Made by a program: the position numbers and the translations under genes | Source: an uncultured delta proteobacterium | Lineage (GTDB): Bacteria > Desulfobacterota > Binatia > Binatales > Binataceae | Length of the DNA: 64,000 nucleotides | Direction: 5' to 3' | Assembly (NCBI GenBank): GCA_963789115.1 | Contig: CAWBJH010000001.1 | Coordinates: 969,419-1,033,418 of the forward strand | Shown here: one piece after another, positions 62,878 through 64,000 of the stretch | Layout: the number at the start of each line of letters is the position of its first letter | Position numbering within the stretch: position 1 is the stretch's first letter | The notes under the pieces: model-generated | Databases searched by the model: none | What the model was told of the DNA's origin: nothing | Seen by the model: only the letters and a program-made list of their open reading frames with translations

Positions 62878-62940
62878 CGTCCGGTGCGCACTTTGAGCGC
62901 ATCCTAAACTCTACGGCAGGCTGCTTGCAAAGGGCGGCGG
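62878..62940. repeat. 60-bp intergenic repeat, copy B
   Basis: See 60745-60804. Confidence 0.7.
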
Positions 62941-63075
62941 CCCCGCATCGCGGGGTTGACGGCGATCGGCGGGGACGGAACGATCTATGTCGGCAGTGGA
63001 AACGGATTGGTTGCGGTTCGCTAGCGTCCTGAGTGGGAAGTTCCTTGACAAACTCGCCGATGGACCTTCTTCAAT

Positions 63076-63292
63076 GGCCTCTCCCAGATGGGAGAGGCCG
63101 ACGGTCGCTGCGACCGTCGGGTGAGGGACCGCAGCGTCGTTGCGCCAGCAGCGACATTTGGTTGCGCCCGCGCTTTTTCGCCAGGGCTAACCACGCAACG
63201 GCCGGAGCGCTTCGATCCTCGGCGCCGCGCAGCCAAAATGCGGCGCCGCAAGGCCCCTCACCCCAACCCTCTCCCAGCTTTGCAGGGAGAGG
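63076..63292. repeat. cluster of REP-like palindromes
   Basis: ggcctctccca-ga-tgggagaggcc (63076-63099), ccgacggtcgc-tgc-gaccgtcgg (63098-63120) and ccctctccc-agctttgca-gggagaggg (63266-63292). Confidence 0.6.
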
Positions 63293-63597
63293 GCGAAGAA
63301 GAACTCTCGAGCTTTGGTGCGGAAGTTGCGCAAAGCTCCTGGCAAGCCCGGAGCGGGTTCAAAATTACTCCGCGAACTTCTAACTCAGGGCACTAGCGGA
63401 TTTGCAACGGAGACCCCGAAGTGCCGCGCGAGCGCTTCCTCGGGCCCGCTCCATGACTGTCAGACGCTGGCCCTCAGCCAATTCGAGCCCTCCTCGTTGC
63501 CAAGCGCCCAAGGCGAGTTCTCGGCACCAGCCAGTCCCGCCGGCTTGACGACGCCGCCCGGAAGATCGAGGCTTGACGGCAAAGAGAATTCCGGCCG

Positions 63598-64000
63598 ATG
63601 GACGAATTTCTCAGGACCGTCGTTGCGCGCGCTCGGGCGTGGATCGCTCGCGCACTGGAGATCGGCCGATCGCGGCGCACCCGCAAGATCGGCGTCATCG
63701 TCGGCGCCGTCATCGCGGTTTTCGGAGTCGTCGCCTACTTCGGCGTTCCGATGGTTTTGCGGCACATCCTTACGGGCCAGGTGGCCGCGACGCTGAATCG
63801 CCCCGTGAGCGTGGGCAGGATCGCTTTCAACCCGTACACTCTCAAGCTCGACATCGACAAGCTGCATATCGGCGACCGCGACAGCTCGCAGCCGTTTGTC
63901 GATGTGAGTCACGTGCGCGTCAAGGCTTCGTGGAAATCGATTCTGCGGCTCGCGCCTGTCGTCAGCGAGGTGACGATCGACCGGCCGGCGATTCATATCG
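63598..64000 (+). CDS. AsmA-family/DUF748-like membrane protein (5' part; continues beyond window)
   Basis: ATG 63598. MDEFLRTVVARARAWIARALEIGRSRRTRKIGVIVGAVIAVFGVVAYFGVPMVL... signal-anchor. Open to the window end, so absent from the ORF track. Confidence 0.55.
   Translation, partial: MDEFLRTVVARARAWIARALEIGRSRRTRKIGVIVGAVIAVFGVVAYFGVPMVLRHILTGQVAATLNRPVSVGRIAFNPYTLKLDIDKLHIGDRDSSQPFVDVSHVRVKASWKSILRLAPVVSEVTIDRPAIHI

Overview
A 64 kb high-GC (about 65-70%) bacterial chromosomal segment. Most of it is ordinary housekeeping and metabolic genes: an RND efflux tripartite operon, acyl-CoA dehydrogenase, a PccB-like carboxyltransferase, a DprE1/DprE2-like epimerase pair, amidase, an alkA-ogt repair pair, korAB 2-oxoacid:ferredoxin oxidoreductase, ligA, purU, a hybrid histidine kinase, the aroQ-accB-accC cluster, rsmI and a tRNA-Arg(CCT). 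Several lower-GC insertions sit between these. Two insertions (about 19.9-20.8 kb and 43.9-46.8 kb) are each flanked by diverged direct copies of the 3' end of the upstream gene and carry uncharacterised cargo genes. A two-gene islet at 32.4-33.9 kb encodes a membrane-anchored YEATS-like protein plus an unknown partner. A roughly 6.7 kb island at 52.8-59.6 kb is bounded by 32-34 bp direct repeats. It carries a DNA methyltransferase, an Fe-S protein, a GIY-YIG gene split by an IS5-family element, and small secreted and membrane proteins. A stand-alone class-III-cyclase-like gene follows the island next to the tRNA. At least four genes (ligA twice, ogt, a nitroreductase) carry single-base frameshifts relative to their conserved reading frames. 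Because ligA is essential, these most likely indicate draft-quality or long-read consensus errors, so other ORF boundaries should be treated with caution. No CRISPR array and no rRNA were seen. The ORF track uses GTG/TTG starts, so several listed starts were trimmed to the first plausible ATG or RBS-supported start.
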